Positions 28,599 to 43,811 are shown, counted from the first letter of the stretch. The stretch is 64,000 bases of DNA from Eledone cirrhosa (GCA_964016885.1 OZ024741.1:326740001-326804000); one strand, 5' to 3'. Notes: generated by a model not told the origin, from the sequence alone. Numbers and translations: made by a program.

Positions 28599-28779
28599 GG
28601 AGATATACACACACACAAACACACACACAAACACACACACAAACACAGACATATATATATACATACATTTCTTATGCATAATTCATATATAAATTGTATT
28701 ATGTATATTATACTACATTTTACAGACTTAAAGTAGGCAATCCTACATTTGAATGAACATTTTTCGCAAATTATACAAA

Positions 28780-29200
28780 AGAGAAGACAACGAAATTTAA
28801 TTTAATAGAATTGAAATGGTGATAAGATATTTGAGAATGGCTGTCAAACATATTTGGTAGTTATAGAGCTCCTCCTAGAAATGTAGTTGTCAGACTTAAA
28901 GATGACTTCTCAGGTAGCTGAAAATGAAAGTTCCTGCAGATTTAGCTGAATTCTCACAAGGCTGTATGATGTAGAGGGTTCCATGGTTGTTTTATTCCAA
29001 TCATGAAAAGCAGCATGAAATAAAGTTCTTTCCCGAGAACAAAAACACGAACCACGCGGTCCAGAAATCATTTAATTCATGTGTCAAACATAAAGTCCCT
29101 TCACAATGTCTGGTGTATATAGTTTTGATATTAGAATAATTCACGAATTAAGCAACCCATGACATAGGAAATCTTCTCTTGAGTGCCTTCTGTATGTAAT
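28780..29200 (-). mobile_element. Possible very decayed mariner transposase fragment
   Basis: Weak resemblance to the WE.L.HPPYSPDL..DF..F..L region on the minus strand. Confidence 0.25.
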
Positions 29201-30429
29201 ATCTGTAAGAAAATGATGTTCAGAAAATATATATATTTATGTCATAGATTGGAGGGTTTTTTTTAATATCAAGAAAAATGTGTTTTGGATAGGATATTGG
29301 AATGAAATGATCATATTAAACGATGTATAATAAAAAGGCGAAATAAGAAAGAACATTTTTAAAAAGCACTCAAAATGGAAATGCTTCAATATCAAATCAC
29401 ATCTGGTTCTTGATAAGATATAGTACGGAAATAAGAACATTATTATCTTATTAGCCAAACATATGATACAAAATAAATACATGAAGTAAATAAAAATCTC
29501 TTTCTATATATATATATATATAAGAGAGAGAGAGAGAGAGAGTATAAGAGAGAGAAAGTAGAGGAGATTGGAGCTATGTAAGGAGAAATATAAACATTAC
29601 GTAGAGATATACAGTGCGTAACAATATGAATACACCGCCGAATGATTACGGGGTTGGCTTCGTATTCATTCACTTTTGAGCTCGATATCACTGCGTAGCA
29701 TCTGGGGCATGTCTCATATACCTTTGTCTTAGGGCCTCCAATGCATTGTGAGTGAAACTGAGTAGAAACTGAGTGGAAACTCTTTTAGAATTTTATCAGG
29801 CGGCCTGTATCTGCAGTTCAAGGAGACAGCTTTGTAACATAGTATGTTATACTGAATCTCTCTGAGAATTATGTGTTTGACGATTGTTCAGTCACTTACA
29901 TGTTATTTTTAATGGTCAGACTGTTCCATTGATCGGACAACTGGAACACTCATAGTTGAAATAGATAAAAGCCCATTCTACACTGTGTAGAGAATCGAAA
30001 AAGAAAAGGAACGAAGAAGAAAAAAAGAAAATGGACAGATGAGAGAAAAAGAAAAAAAGTAAGGAAGCGTGATACAGATAGTGAAATAGATGGAAGAATG
30101 GTGTAGAAACAGAGGATATGAACAAATGAGAAATTATCACTATAAGTATGTACGCAATATATGAAAAACATCTTATAATGAGGGAGTACGGATGACTGAC
30201 ATATACATATATATGAATATTCGAAGATATATATGTAAGGCAGGTAAATGTGATTAAAAACAGCAGAGAAAGAATATATAATATCGTTAAAATTATAATT
30301 GAAATTAAGTTGAAAATGAAAATTAAGAAAAGATTAGAATATATAAAACGATAGAAAAATAACGTATTAGAAGTAAACGTTTTCTAATGGAAAATAAAAT
30401 AAAATAGAAAATAGCCAGAGATAGCAAGG

Positions 30430-31420
30430 ATATATTATTCTTTTAATCGTCGATATAGGAAGGGTCGTTGTAAGTTACCATTGTCCAAAGGGAAAGAGAA
30501 ATTAGTCATTATAAAATGAAACGATACGCACCAAATAATTTGAGGGGTACCTATAGGGATTTAATAGTTCAGACTATTCATTTAGCACGTATGTGATATG
30601 GAACAGAATAAGATTTGATTACAGATTGCAACACAAACTTGAACAAACGACCCGTGTTAATGCGGTTTACTAGGCTCAAATATACGGCAATTTATTTCCA
30701 ACATGGCGGAACTGGATTCATTTATGAACAAAAGCAACCTAGATGCATTTATTGAAAATACGTTATTTTTTATTTTGCTTTTATCATTGAATGTGTATAT
30801 AGGTATGCACGTCAATACGGTGCAATGTTTACATGCAACGATATTGTCCATCTGCACGTTCGCGTAATAAAAAAAATTGTTTCGCTAGGCAAATGCCAGA
30901 TAGAGAACATTTGGTAGGATCAATGCAATTAGAGGTCGGAAGAGAGGCAATGTTATCGGCAATGGAGATGTAGCAAATAAACCGCTGGCACCAAGGAAAT
31001 CTCTGTTTAACTAAGCTTCCGTTAAAACGTTTGTGATATCTATGGCTTCGAAGAAAGTGAAAATAGATTAAATTAAGGAGTTTTCTGTTTATATTTAGTC
31101 TTATATTGAATTTAACGATTCGATTAAATGACACAATGTCGCTTTGTGGCGTTAGGGCTGACAATACATCGGTGGATATTTTGCTACTCTATATCAATAT
31201 ATTTTTTATCTACTCGGTTTGATGGTGGATCTTTCTGAAACAAAGTAGGCAAGTCCTTATATTTTTTCAATAAGGGCTTCTAATTAATTGATTAAAAATT
31301 ACAGATAACATTTTTTCAGATGGAATACAGATAATTTTGTTTTACAGTGTAAATATCAGTGCGTACTATTCCATATTTAGTTGATATGTATCCGTCTCTA
31401 TACAGTGAGTACTCATCTAT
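30430..31420 (-). pseudogene. Decayed Hydra-like PLE linker/GIY-YIG region
   Basis: Minus-strand ORF pieces HRYHKRFN and SNCIDPTKCSLSGICLAK match HRYHNIIN and CNCPDRSICPLDNRC of the 21225 ORF. Confidence 0.55.
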
Positions 31421-32310
31421 AAAGTGTAGAGACATTGTGTAAACATGGAACAGAAAAGTGAATGCTCAATAATAACTGTAGTATATGTAATACTTTTAGT
31501 AGGTGATGTAACTCCACAAATTCTTATTCGTTTACGGTCTTTCATAAATCTTGTGAAAAAACAAAAATGAAACAAGAAGAATATTCTTGGGAGAGTTTCG
31601 AATACCAAAGAAAATTTGATTAGATAATTTATAGCAACAAAATAGGAACGGAAAGATATTAATGGTTTGCTATATATTCGTTGCACATAACAGAAAATGA
31701 TAAAAATGAAGAAAATTAAGTGGAGAAATGAAAAAAAAAAAAAAAGCTTAAAAGAAAAAAAAGAAGAATAAAAATAGAAAAAAACGAGAGGGGACACCAG
31801 AGTAGAAAAGCAAAGAATGAAAAATGTAGGTAAACTGATAAGAATTGAATATTTTCGTTGAAGAAACGAAAGAAATCTCTAAAAAATTCTATAAAATGTA
31901 CTGTAAATATATTTATAGTGAGCGTCAGCGCAAGCCAGAAAAATCTATGAATATATGGATGCGTATAAAATTCACAAAAAAGGAGGTATATAGAAGATAT
32001 CTAAATACATATGTGCTAAAACGAAAGACAGGTCATATGCGTTAACTGAAAATCCGAGCAGTTTATTTCTACAGGCACGTCTCAAAATGTTTGTTGTGTT
32101 ACCTGTCAACGCTTAATGACAAGCTTCATTATCTTCGGACAATTCGATTTTACACTGTTCATAACATTTCACTGTTTGGACATTTATCACACAAGCTTGC
32201 CGTATATTGCATTCATTTGTATTTTTGCTGGCAAATTTTTCCCTCAACTAATACTTTTTTACTCTTTTACCTATTCCAGCCATCCAGCTGAGGCCATGCT
32301 GAGTCACCGC

Positions 32311-32369
<59 letters not shown>

Positions 32370-32789
32370 ATCTAACGACCCTGACAATCTACCAGCCTAC
32401 ACACACACGCATGTATATATAAATATATATTAACACAGATTTAAAGTTTACATACAGGATATTTCATTTCACACTCACAAAGGAAATACTGAACCATATA
32501 TATATATATATATATCTGTAGACGCAGAGACAAATATTAAAAAAATATTACAATATTACAATATCACGTTTAAGTATAGTCACACAAATACCAACACACA
32601 CAGACTCACACATATATATGATGATGTCCTTCGAATGAAACAGTACTAGTCTTGTAGAAGCCATTTCTATATTAAATATTGTATATACTCTACTATGTAT
32701 TGAGTACCTTATTTACTGTGGTTACCCCCGGTTGGACCCGGGATACATAAATATATATATATATATATATACATATTTAATATAGAAGT

Positions 32790-32840
32790 GGCTTCTACAG
32801 CACTAGAACTGTTTCCTTCGGGAGAAATAATCAGGAAGCC
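32790..32840 (-). ncRNA. Minimal hammerhead ribozyme (G8 mutated)
   Basis: Minus strand: GGCTTC-CTGATTA-TTTCTCCCGAAG-GAAA-CAG..CTG-TA-GAAGCC. Confidence 0.65.
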
Positions 32841-32891
32841 GGCTCCCTGATGATTTCTCCCGAATGAAACATTTCTGGTCCTGTAGAAGCC
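32841..32891 (+). ncRNA. Minimal hammerhead ribozyme
   Basis: GGCTCC-CTGATGA-TTTCTCCCGAAT-GAAA-CA..TG-TA-GAAGCC. Confidence 0.75.
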
Positions 32892-33026
32892 ATTTCTATA
32901 TTAAATATATTAAATATTTATACATTGCTATGTATTGAGTACCTTACTCACTGTAGTTACCCCCGATTGAACGACGGATAAACTTATACACACACACACA
33001 CACACACACACAAATACACACACACT

Positions 33027-33734
<708 letters not shown>

Positions 33735-34634
33735 TATATAATGATGAAATATATGGAGAATAGAAATGGCTGTGTAGTTGCTATTTAAGGTAACTTAAAA
33801 TGCAATGGGAATACGAAGCAAGAACAAGGGGAGGGTGTTTTCCTCATCAGTTGTCTACTGGGGGTCTACGATATTTCTACGCTTTAAAGACAAGATACCA
33901 CTTCACCCCAGGGCTTCAATAACTGGTAAGTTATTGGGAAAACGAAGGAAGGACGGAAGGAAAGCAAAGGGGAATAAAGAGAAACAGTAACAAAAATGCG
34001 AAAAAAACCCCCCACAAACCGAGCAATGTGTGAGCAACTATAGGTAGGAAATCCAAGACCACTCGATAATAGAACTTAAGTTCCAGACCGAGTATCGAGA
34101 GAAAAGACACACGTCCGATCGCCGCAGTTGTGAGTGAGAAAAGAACTGCTAAACGGTCAGACGAGGGGGTGAAATTGAGAGGGAGAAATGGGGAGGAATA
34201 AAGTGGGGTAAGAGTAGATAGGGAGAAACGGAAGAGAAGAAAGAGGGGTGAGAGTAGAAAGTGGCGAAAGAGGTACTCATATATAATATATATATGAAAT
34301 AAATATATATATATATATATATATGTAGATGAGTAACCCGACTGTTCTTCCCCCCCTCTCTCTCTCTCTCTCGCTATCCATCTATCTATCTATCTAACTA
34401 TGTATATATAGTAGTGTATCATTTCTTAGCCTCCTCCACTATATTTTTCTTTTTCTCCATTCTTCTGTCTCTCTTTCTAAATCTGTAAGATACCATTGAC
34501 TTACAACCACTTGCAATTTCTATAAAACACGTTTCCCAGATATTTCTTCTTCTATACTACAACACTGTAGGTTCTCACTATCGAGAACATTGCAATCAGT
34601 TTTGCATTGTAAACATCAATCTTCAACTATATTC

Positions 34635-34960
34635 TAATTTAGGCATAAGGCCAACAATTCTGGGCAAGGTGAAATTGAATCAATTTCAATGTGTTACCGG
34701 TATTTTATTTTATCGAACTCGTAAAGATGAAATGCAAAACTACCGCGGCAAGATTTGAACACAGAACGGGTTGTAAAGGGCTGTAACTTTAACCTGAGTA
34801 TTCCTAAAAATAAAGTGTTCTAATTAAGGTACAAATCAGCAGTTTTGACGGGAGGGTAAATCGTTTATATCGATTCCATTACTTGACTGTTACTCTGATT
34901 AATCAATTCTAGATGCATAAAAAATTTGACCAAGATGCTGTTTGAACAGGCCCGGTGTAA
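34635..34960 (-). mobile_element. Two diverged SINE family 1 relatives in tandem
   Basis: AGGCATAAGGCCAACAATT..GATGAAATGCAAA..GATTTGAAC matches the reverse complement of the SINE. Confidence 0.55.
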
Positions 34961-35931
34961 ACGCTAGGAATAAATAGCTCCAAGTGTTTAAAATTTTACA
35001 ACTTGTTCATGGTGAAATCACATATACGAGTGTGAGCTAAATAGCTGAATAGTTAATAGGCTGACGGTGAATGGGGGATGCTAGTGCTGTGAAATCCTGC
35101 ATGCATTAATTTCAACTCTTCTTATTAATGACGACATTATTTTTTTCCAGGGTCTCTGTTGAAAAAAACCCACCGCATTTGGTCATTCCATGAGAGTATC
35201 TTGGTCAGCTTATGAACTCTTCAGCCGATCCTCGTTTCATATTGCTATCATGGTATACTCCATCCTAATTCATGCATTCTGTTCGGTGCTAATGTAGTTC
35301 TGGTTCTTAGAATTGATACATTAGATACGTTGCTTCGTTTGTAATTACTACTCACATATCTGAGATGCTGATATGCTCTTTTGAATCGATACACCCTGTC
35401 CCCGAGTATCGTAAGTATGGTGGAGCCACAAAGGCATTCGACAATAAAATACAACTTCAAAGAGAAGCTCATAATGAGAATGTTTGAGCTTGCCATTATG
35501 CCGGCGCAATACTATCCCTTGCTTTAGTAATGAATACAACAATTAGACTTATGAATATATTACATATAATTCTGTTTTATGAAATGTAAACCAGCTTTTC
35601 ACAACCTTTACTTCCTTGAGGCCCATTTTTGGTGTCGAAACAATTTCACGCCCACATAAGCAAAACATAGAAATTCCATGTAACAGGAAATACATTTTAT
35701 TTACAAAAGCAAAATACAGTAGTAAATATAAATCCTGAGCAAATAACTAAATTGCTCCTGGTATCTATGTATCAGCTTGCCAATAGAAAAAAAAAAGAAT
35801 TTCAAACCACCCATCTTCCTTCAGCCAAGTCCTGCCCATTTTGAAATCTCTCATGTCAAATGAGAGACATAAGGGCCTACGTTGAGAATCATTGATTTAA
35901 ACGATGTTTTGTCATTTTGAGTGATATATAA

Positions 35932-36314
35932 TAATTGTTTCTACTTTAGGCACAAGGCCAACAATTACCCAGTGGATTACTGGTACTTTATTTTATCGAT
36001 CCCGTAAGGATGAAAGGCAAAGTCAACCTCGGTGGGATTTGAATATAGATCGTAAAGGGACGTAACTATGCTGGAAAGCATGGCGTACGACCCTTTCCCA
36101 TACTGACAATCCACCGCCATTTTGATGATATATAATAATTGTTTCTACTTTAGGCACAAGGCCAGCAATTATCCAGTGCATTACTGGTACTTTATTTTAT
36201 CGACCCCGTAAGGATGAAAGGCAAAGTCAACCTCGGCGGGATTTGAACTCAGATCGTAAAGGGACGTAACTATGCTGGAAAGCATGGCGTCCGACCCTCT
36301 ACCGATACTGCCAA
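35932..36314 (-). mobile_element. Tandem dimer of tRNA-derived SINE (family 1)
   Basis: Two ~190 bp reverse-complement copies (35932-36119 and 36134-36314). Each is preceded by the same TTTTGA.TGATATATAATAATT flank. Confidence 0.85.
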
Positions 36315-36904
36315 ATCATCAATAAAAACAAAATTCTTCAGCTCACGTGTGTCCTGTGTTCCTTGTAAACTGAAGTGGTGATAGAGAAGGATTTACATGT
36401 GTTACATAAAAGCAAATTTTACGCAGCAAGCTATTTTGGCTGATCGCAGAACTTGATACTTTATCGTCTAAACCGACGGAGATCCATTTCTTTACATTCC
36501 AATGTAGTTCCATCCAACGCGTGTCTTTCGAAATTGATGTCATGATATAGAAGGGAAAATTAAGTAATCTTGAATATGTGGAGTCGTTTCGGATTATTAA
36601 ACTGGACATTTCCCCATGGTGATATTATTATATCAATATCTAAAGCTAGCGCTAACTAGATGAATGGCAAATATATTAGTTCCTCCTCATAATGTAATGC
36701 GTTTGGACAGAGAATGACGTATCATGATTATATATATATATATATATATAGATAGATAAATGCACATCTTTATATACACATATACACAAATATATATTTA
36801 CACACACAAACACACACATACACTCACACACATATATATCTTATATATATATTTTATATACATACATAGAGATACATATGTATATTTGTATGTAAATATA
36901 TACA

Positions 36905-36986
<82 letters not shown>

Positions 36987-37301
36987 TGTATAAATTATAC
37001 AATTATCAAAGTTGTGTTCAAATCATTTAATAGCTGACAATCGTTTCTTCCAAACTCTCGTTAGGAGTCATCGGAGCAACATCACAACTTACAATTAAGG
37101 ACAAAATGAAAACACACACACACACATAGAAAACAACAACCAACCAGTAACATGTAAATAAACAAATAAATAAATGAACATAAACACACACAGACACCCG
37201 GATGTGGCGCATGCGCAGACTGAGCACACAACACACACACAGAAACAAAATGGCGTAGGACAGAACAAAGGAGAGGCACAGAAACAAAGAAAGGAATCCC
37301 C

Positions 37302-37346
37302 AGTCACTGAAGAGGTCACAGAGTGTGTGACGAAAGAACTATGACT
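37302..37346 (+). ncRNA. Minimal type I hammerhead ribozyme in a solo pLTR-like segment (~37000-37560)
   Basis: AGTCA-CTGAAGA-GGTCACA..TGTGAC-GAAA-GAAC-TA-TGACT. Confidence 0.8.
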
Positions 37347-37556
37347 ATATATAAACAACTATCTGGTTGTGGAACCAACCAACCAACCAGAAATTTATAA
37401 ATTTATAAATTTATTATAAATTTATTATAATAAATTGAAGTGAAAGCAACTGGTGCGTGTGTTTCTTATTGGCAACATGACCCTCCCAAAGTATAACAAT
37501 ATCGGTTTCAACACACGATTTCAGATAAAGAATCTTGCTAAACAAATTCAGAAACG

Positions 37557-37584
<28 letters not shown>

Positions 37585-37589
<5 letters not shown>

Positions 37590-37776
37590 AGAAAGTATGA
37601 CCCCGACGGCAGAGCTCAAGCCGTTTCGACGGCTATTTCTGGATAGAAATACCCGTCGAAACGGCTTGAGCTCTGCCGTCGGGGTCATACTTTCTCCTAT
37701 TGCCCACTCTACTACCCTAAGTATTGAGTATTCTGGTGTGTTATGGTCCATCTGGTTCCTCACCACAACTCCTCCG

Positions 37777-37778
<2 letters not shown>
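37585..37778 (+). mobile_element. Mini palindromic PLE-end element (third subfamily)
   Basis: Inverted repeat 37585-37700 plus a tail homologous to 23969-24045. Inserted in (TA)n. Confidence 0.88.
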
Positions 37779-37819
<41 letters not shown>

Positions 37820-38228
37820 GTAGGAGGTGAGTTTTATTGTAGTACAATAAAGCAATGCAGATATCTCCACCTTCACTCTCATCTCCTCCCCCTTTTTTCA
37901 TCCTTCCCCCCCCTCCCTAAATAAAATATTTTTTCCTCGTACATATCTTTCCCTTCGTTAATTTTCAAATTCTTTTAATTTATACATTATCTTCCAACGG
38001 TTTTCAACCTCTCTATGTAAAACAATATATCTTCTCTCAGTTATAAAAACTATCTCTTTCTCTCTATCACCCATCTCTCCCTCTCATCTCCTCCCCTTTT
38101 TCATCCCCCCCCCTCTAAATTAAATATGTTTCCCAATATCACACATCAATCTAAAACCACTTTTCATATGTTGATTTAAAACTGCACTATCCACAAGTGT
38201 TTTTTAGCCTTCATATTATGTTCTCCTG

Positions 38229-38295
38229 TTTTATCTGATGAAAACACAAATATTATTGCATGATGATGTTTGTTTTTGAAATGCGCATAATAAAA
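38229..38295 (+). ncRNA. Type I hammerhead ribozyme in a pyrimidine-rich pLTR (37820-38340)
   Basis: TTTTAT-CTGATGA-long helix II-GAAA-TGCGCA-TA-ATAAAA. Helix III is palindromic (ATGCGCAT). Confidence 0.8.
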
Positions 38296-38337
38296 TACAT
38301 GGAACTCCTTTAACCATCTTTTGATCTTATATTATAT

Positions 38338-38405
<68 letters not shown>

Positions 38406-38414
<9 letters not shown>

Positions 38415-41150
38415 CTGTATAACCGTGCTCCTTTTGTAGAGCATATCAACTTATTTGCCATTATGTTGGAGAACCAGCCGTTACCCATGTCTCTGAATTG
38501 TATCCCCTTACCCAGCAGAAAAACCTACCTCAAACTGCTCATAGACGCTACTAACTGGTTTATACGGAGAGTCAGATGGAAGGCCTACCACCTGGATAAG
38601 AACACCCGTAACTTTTCTGAACCAAAAGAGAGGTATGGCTTCAAAACATACCGAAACCCACCCACAACACCTTACTGGACTCCTTTGAGGAGGACCTGCT
38701 GAAAATGATCAAAAACGTTAAGTTCAGAAAGAAACACCAATGCAGCAATCCATTCTTAACGTCCCTTGATACACTAATAACTAAGATCAAGAATGACCCG
38801 CACCTCTTCGTCACCTCCGACAAAACCAAGAAGTTGTACAAGATGGACTCGAGTAAGTATAAAAAATTCATTTATAAGGAACTACACAAAGACTACAAAA
38901 AGACACCCTCTAGTACCCTAAATGACATAAATAGAGTAGGGAAGGATATAGTTACCAGCTTAGAAATAGAAAAGTACAGTAAGCCGTACGTCCCTCTGAC
39001 GCCTAGATTCTCTCTTAAGGGTCACAAATGTAACTTTAATGAAAGCCCCTCTATTAGACTAATATGCCCCTCTACATCTGATATAGGTAAGATTATTAAA
39101 GTTATCCTCGACAGAGTACTACTGGAGCTTAATAGAAAGGCTAAGGTCTGCCTTTGGGGCAACACCGACCAGTTCATAAATTGGTTCACCGAGTTGCCGG
39201 ATAAAGCGACCCTGAAGTTCATCCAGTTTGACATAGTTAGTTACTACGCCTCAATCTCCCCCATACTCTTAAATAAGGCACTCACCTTAGCTAAATCTAA
39301 CACTAGCCTCAGTAAAAAAGAAATAGACATAGTTCTAGCGGCGCGTAGAACCATTATCCAGTTCGGAGGCTCCCACTGGACCAGAACCAACCGTCCTGAT
39401 AACTTCGATGTCACGATGGGGTCCAGTGACTCAGCGCAAGCAACTGACCTGGTTGGGATATACCTCCTACATAATCTTAGGGACGAGATACCGGCCCTAC
39501 AAGGAGGTGTATATAGAGACGACGCCCTGTTTACCGTTAGGAACCATAGCCCTCGTAGGATAGAGAACCTTAACAAACATATACACAGGTTCTTCAAGTC
39601 ATACGGCCTATCCGTAACTATGGACCTCAACTTCCAGGTTGTCAACTTCCTGGACGTGACCCTGGAGTTGAGCATGGGCTTATACAAGCCATACCATAAG
39701 CCTGGAGAGTGCCTACCTTATATTAATTATGCCTCCAACCACCATAAGCAGACTCTCAACTCCATAGTCTATAGTATCTCACATAGAATCTCGAGGCTAT
39801 CCGCCAATGAGGATATCTTCAACCAAGCGGCAGATTACTACAATAAGGCCTTGATAAGCGCCGACTTTAACCGAGGAATTTCCTACATCCCTAACGCTAG
39901 CTCTAGAAACCACCCCCTCATAAAACGAACGTTATAGTAAACCATTCCTATAACCGATCAGGCGGCGACCTCGTTGGAATCGGATATAATAGAATAGATA
40001 ATCGCACTAAAGATCACGACCCGGTGACATTGACCACTGTAGCTTACTCGAACTATTCCCCTACTACAAAATCAACAAAGGCGACGGCCTACTACCAACG
40101 CCTTCCAACCAACATCTTCCTGTACATAAACATGGAAGAAGGAAGAAAAGTGCCCCCCGAGCATAAAGAGAAAGGGGCACCTAACGGGCTATAGCGCATT
40201 AACATACATAAGAACGGTCACCTAGATGGAACCACCCGTAGCAAACGTACAAGGACACGTAATCGCCACCGTAACGTCCTATGGTCCCCCCCCCCTTCCT
40301 ACTCTCGGAGTGTGGCCTCCAACATACCACGGATATTCTTCGAAGCCTTAGAGAAGAACTTCCCGCCCAACCATAGATATAGAAAAATTCTTAATAGGAA
40401 CAATATAAAAATATCCTTCTCTACTACTCCTAACCTAGCAGACATCATAGGAAAAACGAACCACCATAAGATCACCAAGACACAACACCTTAGCACAGAC
40501 GCACCTACACCTGACAATAACTATATCGGCGTTAACAACTCCCTAGCAGCATCCAATAGTGCTGGCAACGGCCTCCGCAGACGCAACCAGCATAACCGCG
40601 AAATAACTGGGGAACATGAAGGACATGACATGCGGAATAATAATCGTACCACCCCGCGCGCTGTGGGTTGTAATGGTGCTAACGACAGCTGCGGGAGCGT
40701 AGATTGCAACGTAGGCAGCAACAATGATAGCCTTACCGTGGGAAATGGATGGAACCGCGACAGAAATTGCAACTGCCGCGACAGGGAGCGCTGCCCCCTT
40801 AGAGGATAATGCTTGACTGATAGGGTTATATATAGATGCACTGTAACTAGCCACAATAGCGTTAAACAGGTTTTAACCACATCTTGTAACGGATAAAAAT
40901 TTGTCCTGGAAAGACTGCCCTAACACCGGCCAGCGTTACCTCCCTTGACCTGCTGCAAAATCAAAAGAAGCTATTTTTGCGAGCAAAGAATCTGGACGTG
41001 AACCTAACCCCCAAAACTCTTTCCGAGCAATGTAAGGAACACTTTTGGTTATTTATGCCCTTGAAATGCCCAACTGGCCGAAACGTACGTAGGTGGTGTT
41101 TTAAATAAACATGTTTTAACGGTCTATTCTCCGATTTTTTACTTTTCCAC
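38406..41150 (+). mobile_element. Hydra-like PLE, disrupted, with intact N-terminus and truncated endonuclease
   Basis: SLNCIPLP, FIRRVRWKA, TSDKTKKLY (DKT motif), FIQFDIVSYY, FDVTMGS, VYRDDA, VNFLDVTL and CNCRDRERCPL. Contains frameshifts and a stop. Confidence 0.88.
41056..41096 (+). ncRNA. Decayed minimal hammerhead (U3-A8 type)
   Basis: GCCC-TTGAAAT-GCCCAACTGGCC-GAAA-CGTACG-TA-GGTG. Helix III is palindromic. Confidence 0.55.
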
Positions 41151-41153
41151 GTA

Positions 41154-41192
<39 letters not shown>

Positions 41193-41401
41193 GTGTGTCC
41201 CTAATTGATTATATTATAATGTACATATGTGTTTATGTGCTGACATATGTGTGTGTATATACTATAATAAACAGAAATGTTGAAAGTATTCGTATAAACA
41301 CTAGTGTAACTGTGGTGTCAATCAATCATTTAATTATACACTTGTTCTCACATACACAGACATATTCATCTATATGTATGTGCCTATATGTGTGTGTACA
41401 T

Positions 41402-41446
<45 letters not shown>

Positions 41447-41459
41447 AACATGTATGTGC

Positions 41460-41508
<49 letters not shown>

Positions 41509-41543
41509 TATATATATATGTAGATATATATATATATATATGT

Positions 41544-41592
<49 letters not shown>

Positions 41593-41634
41593 AATGTCTA
41601 ATGGTAGCTAAGATGCTTCCATGGACATCCATTC

Positions 41635-41709
<75 letters not shown>

Positions 41710-42746
41710 TCATATATACAATGTTTCACAGCTTTTATTCATGGACACAGACTAATGTATTCTACAATTGCTACATTAATTACCTGATAATTAAATAGTG
41801 TTTGAAAAGATCTTCCTCTTTGAACCTGTCAGAAAAATCACTGTTTTGTTACCGATTTACGATCAATGTATGGCGCCTTAACGCTATAAATGCTATATAT
41901 ATACTGCATTGAGGCGCCAGGAACTGGCTGTAAATTAAACGTTATATACACGTGACAGTGCTGGTGTCTCCGTGATGTTCACCATGCTAGAAATAAGAGT
42001 AAAACATCCCCCAGTCAGTACTTTAACTGTTAATGATTTTAATGTATAGTGTAAGGATAGTTCTAGATATATGTCGGGAATATAACATTGCTTCGTGAGA
42101 GTTAATATGTGAACATGCATCGTGGGTTGTATACACTTCTTTTGGCTGAATATAGAATATATATATAGCATATTAACGTTGGCGCCATTTTATCTTTTCT
42201 CAATGATATTCAGAAGTCTAATGAAAAATATAAATATTTAAAACAAGAAACAAACAAAAAGCAAATAGGATATATGAAATTTGCACGTCGAATCTTTTAT
42301 AAATTTACATACATTTCTGTAAAAAGAAATAAAATTAAAAAAAAACAATATATCATCTAGTGCAGACTTGTATCCCACAAAATGTTCTTGTCTAAAGTTA
42401 TTTTTCACCAAGCCTGGTGAGTACGGCTACAGTATTGATGACATGACCAAAATCAAAAGCGGAGGAAGTTAACATGGGATATGTTCCTCCAACAAAATTG
42501 AAAAGAACCTAGAAGGATTCGAAAATTTTATACGGTGGCCCGATACACTATCGTTACAACAATTTATATCACGTCAACATTTCGTGTTAATTAATTCATT
42601 AGCGTTATGATTGTATATAAACTGAGGCATTGGTGGATTATTAGATTGATTGATTGATTCATTCATTGGGTGATCTTTTGATCGATTCTTTAAACTTTGG
42701 CTGTTCATGAATTCATATATATATCAGAAGACAGGTAGCAATAAGT

Positions 42747-42882
<136 letters not shown>

Positions 42883-42950
42883 CAAGGTTTAGCAAATAGA
42901 GAAAACATTTTAAAATAAATTTTAAAAAGTTTACTCTACCTACTATATTT

Positions 42951-43034
42951 ACCCTTACCGCGCGGTTCCAAGTCTCAAAATAAGTGGATAATCTATGCAG
43001 AACACCTTTGAGACGGAGACTTTCATCAGAGGGT
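42951..43034 (-). ncRNA. Hammerhead ribozyme (GAAA changed to GGAA)
   Basis: Minus strand: ACCCT-CTGATGA-AAGTCTC...GAGACTT-GGAA-CCGCGCGG-TA-AGGGT. Confidence 0.75.
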
Positions 43035-43436
43035 TCTTCTCACTCGGAGAATATAAAATACCCGAGTTCAAATCACGATCTGGCGCCATACAGATCTTTC
43101 CCGGATGAGAGTGTATGATAAAGAAACAATCTTGTCTAGTGCCGTGTGTAAATATAGAAGGCAAGGGCGGAAAGGTCAATGTCCTGCCACTAGAAATAGC
43201 AGCAGTTAAAACGACCAAAATATTATCTCGACCTTAGGGGACATTGATAATAATAAAGTATGTTTTCCTATGTGCAAAAAATGCATATAGGGACACATGT
43301 ATTATCCAACCGTATGCCAATATGGTTCTATGGCAGGTTAATAAATTAACGAACCAGAACATATATAATCAAGGTTTAGCAAACAGAGAAAAAGTTTTAA
43401 AATAAATTTAAAAAGTTTACTGTACCTACTATGTTT

Positions 43437-43520
43437 ACCCTTACCGCGCGGTTTCAAGTCTCAAAATAAATGGATAATCCATGCGGAACACCATTGAGAA
43501 GGAGACTTTCATCAGAGGGC
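43437..43520 (-). ncRNA. Hammerhead ribozyme, intact core
   Basis: Minus strand: GCCCT-CTGATGA-AAGTCTC...GAGACTT-GAAA-CCGCGCGG-TA-AGGGT. Confidence 0.88.
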
Positions 43521-43689
43521 TCTTCTCACTCGGAGAATATATAATTCCCGAGTTCAAATCACGAACTGGCGCCATACAGAACTGTTCCCAGATGAGGGTG
43601 TATGATAAAGAAACAATCTTGTCTAGTGCCGTGTGTAAAGAGAGAAGGCAAGGGCGGAAAGGTCAATGTCCGCCACTACATATATATAC

Positions 43690-43725
<36 letters not shown>

Positions 43726-43775
43726 TTATTAAAATAACATTAAAGTATAAGCAAAGAATCGCTGCTTTCACCCTT

Positions 43776-43811
<36 letters not shown>

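Larger units (their letters stand above)
32619..32985. mobile_element. Two mini PLE-end elements; the second has back-to-back hammerheads
   Basis: 32619-32748 and 32841-32985 are homologous. 32775-32840 is an inverted arm centred at 32840/32841. Confidence 0.8.

Noticed and set aside
33830-33860. Minus-strand CTGATGAGGAAA
   Set aside because: No consistent helix I/III or cleavage triplet found.
40790-40830. In-frame stop near Cys motifs (selenocysteine recoding as in some Naiad PLEs)
   Set aside because: The stop is TAA and is not at a Cys position; ordinary decay.
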